From a virus (lineage: Duplodnaviria > Caudoviricetes), in the IMG/VR virus record IMGVR_UViG_3300012948_000011, positions 1 through 34,032 of that record: a DNA stretch of 34,032 bases; one strand, given 5' to 3'. This document shows, piece by piece, positions 33,758 to 34,032 of this stretch (the first letter of the stretch is position 1; each line of letters opens with the position of its first letter). Both the position numbers and the translations under genes were made by a program. The notes beneath the pieces were generated by a model, which was not told the DNA's origin, made no database searches, and saw only the letters and a program-made list of their open reading frames with translations.

Positions 33758-33777
33758 CATACCTGGCAGGTATGCTA
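33755..33777. repeat. Perfect 11-bp inverted repeat TAGCATACCTG-G-CAGGTATGCTA
   Basis: Seen directly; begins at the VRR-NUC stop codon. Confidence 0.7.
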
Positions 33778-33873
33778 GCCTCTTGCGAGATCTGTGACAC
33801 CGCTCACAGATTGATGTGCGCCCCGTTTGGGGTCCCGCCTTTCCAATTCCATCACAATCCAGGAGTTCTATCC

Positions 33874-34032
33874 ATGCGTCGCATGCTCCCGCTTTGCGCT
33901 CTCGTGCTCATTGCTGTGGCCGGTTGTTACCACGTCACCGTCGAGACCGGCCTACAGCCGTCGGCTCAGGTCGTCGAGAAAGAGTGGGCCCACGGCTTCG
34001 TGTTCGGCCTCGTGCCACCGAACACCATCGAG
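33874..34032 (+). CDS. Bor/Iss-like lipoprotein, 5' part (truncated by the window edge)
   Basis: AGGAG RBS; signal peptide with lipobox VAG-C; CYHVTVETG..EKEWAHGFVFGLVPP. Confidence 0.7.
   Translation, partial: MRRMLPLCALVLIAVAGCYHVTVETGLQPSAQVVEKEWAHGFVFGLVPPNTIE

Overview
The window is most of a GC-rich temperate tailed phage genome, probably podovirus-like because no tape-measure, tail-tube or sheath gene is visible. It appears to be the non-integrated form, since phage genes lie on both sides of an intact attP. Layout: (i) 1-2100, a leftward operon of small genes whose spacers carry self-cleaving ribozymes (two type II hammerheads and one circularly permuted twister), each followed by a conserved (TCA)CCTTTCCAG leader motif; (ii) about 2100-2700, a divergent control region; (iii) 2716-28987, a rightward packaging and morphogenesis operon (TerS, TerL, portal, scaffold, major capsid, CHAP endolysin, adaptor, two tail fibres, nozzle, probable ejection proteins); (iv) 29323-34032, a Rad52-like annealing protein, an Xis-like protein, a divergent tyrosine integrase, attP (3' half of tRNA-Asn with arm repeats), an HTH protein, a ~330-nt candidate structured ncRNA, a VRR-NUC nuclease and a Bor-like lipoprotein. 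A 16-bp palindrome GGTT-N8-AACC occurs eight times, all outside the genes called here. No repressor or DNA replication gene was recognised. All calls come from reading the sequence by eye; no searches or folding programs were run.
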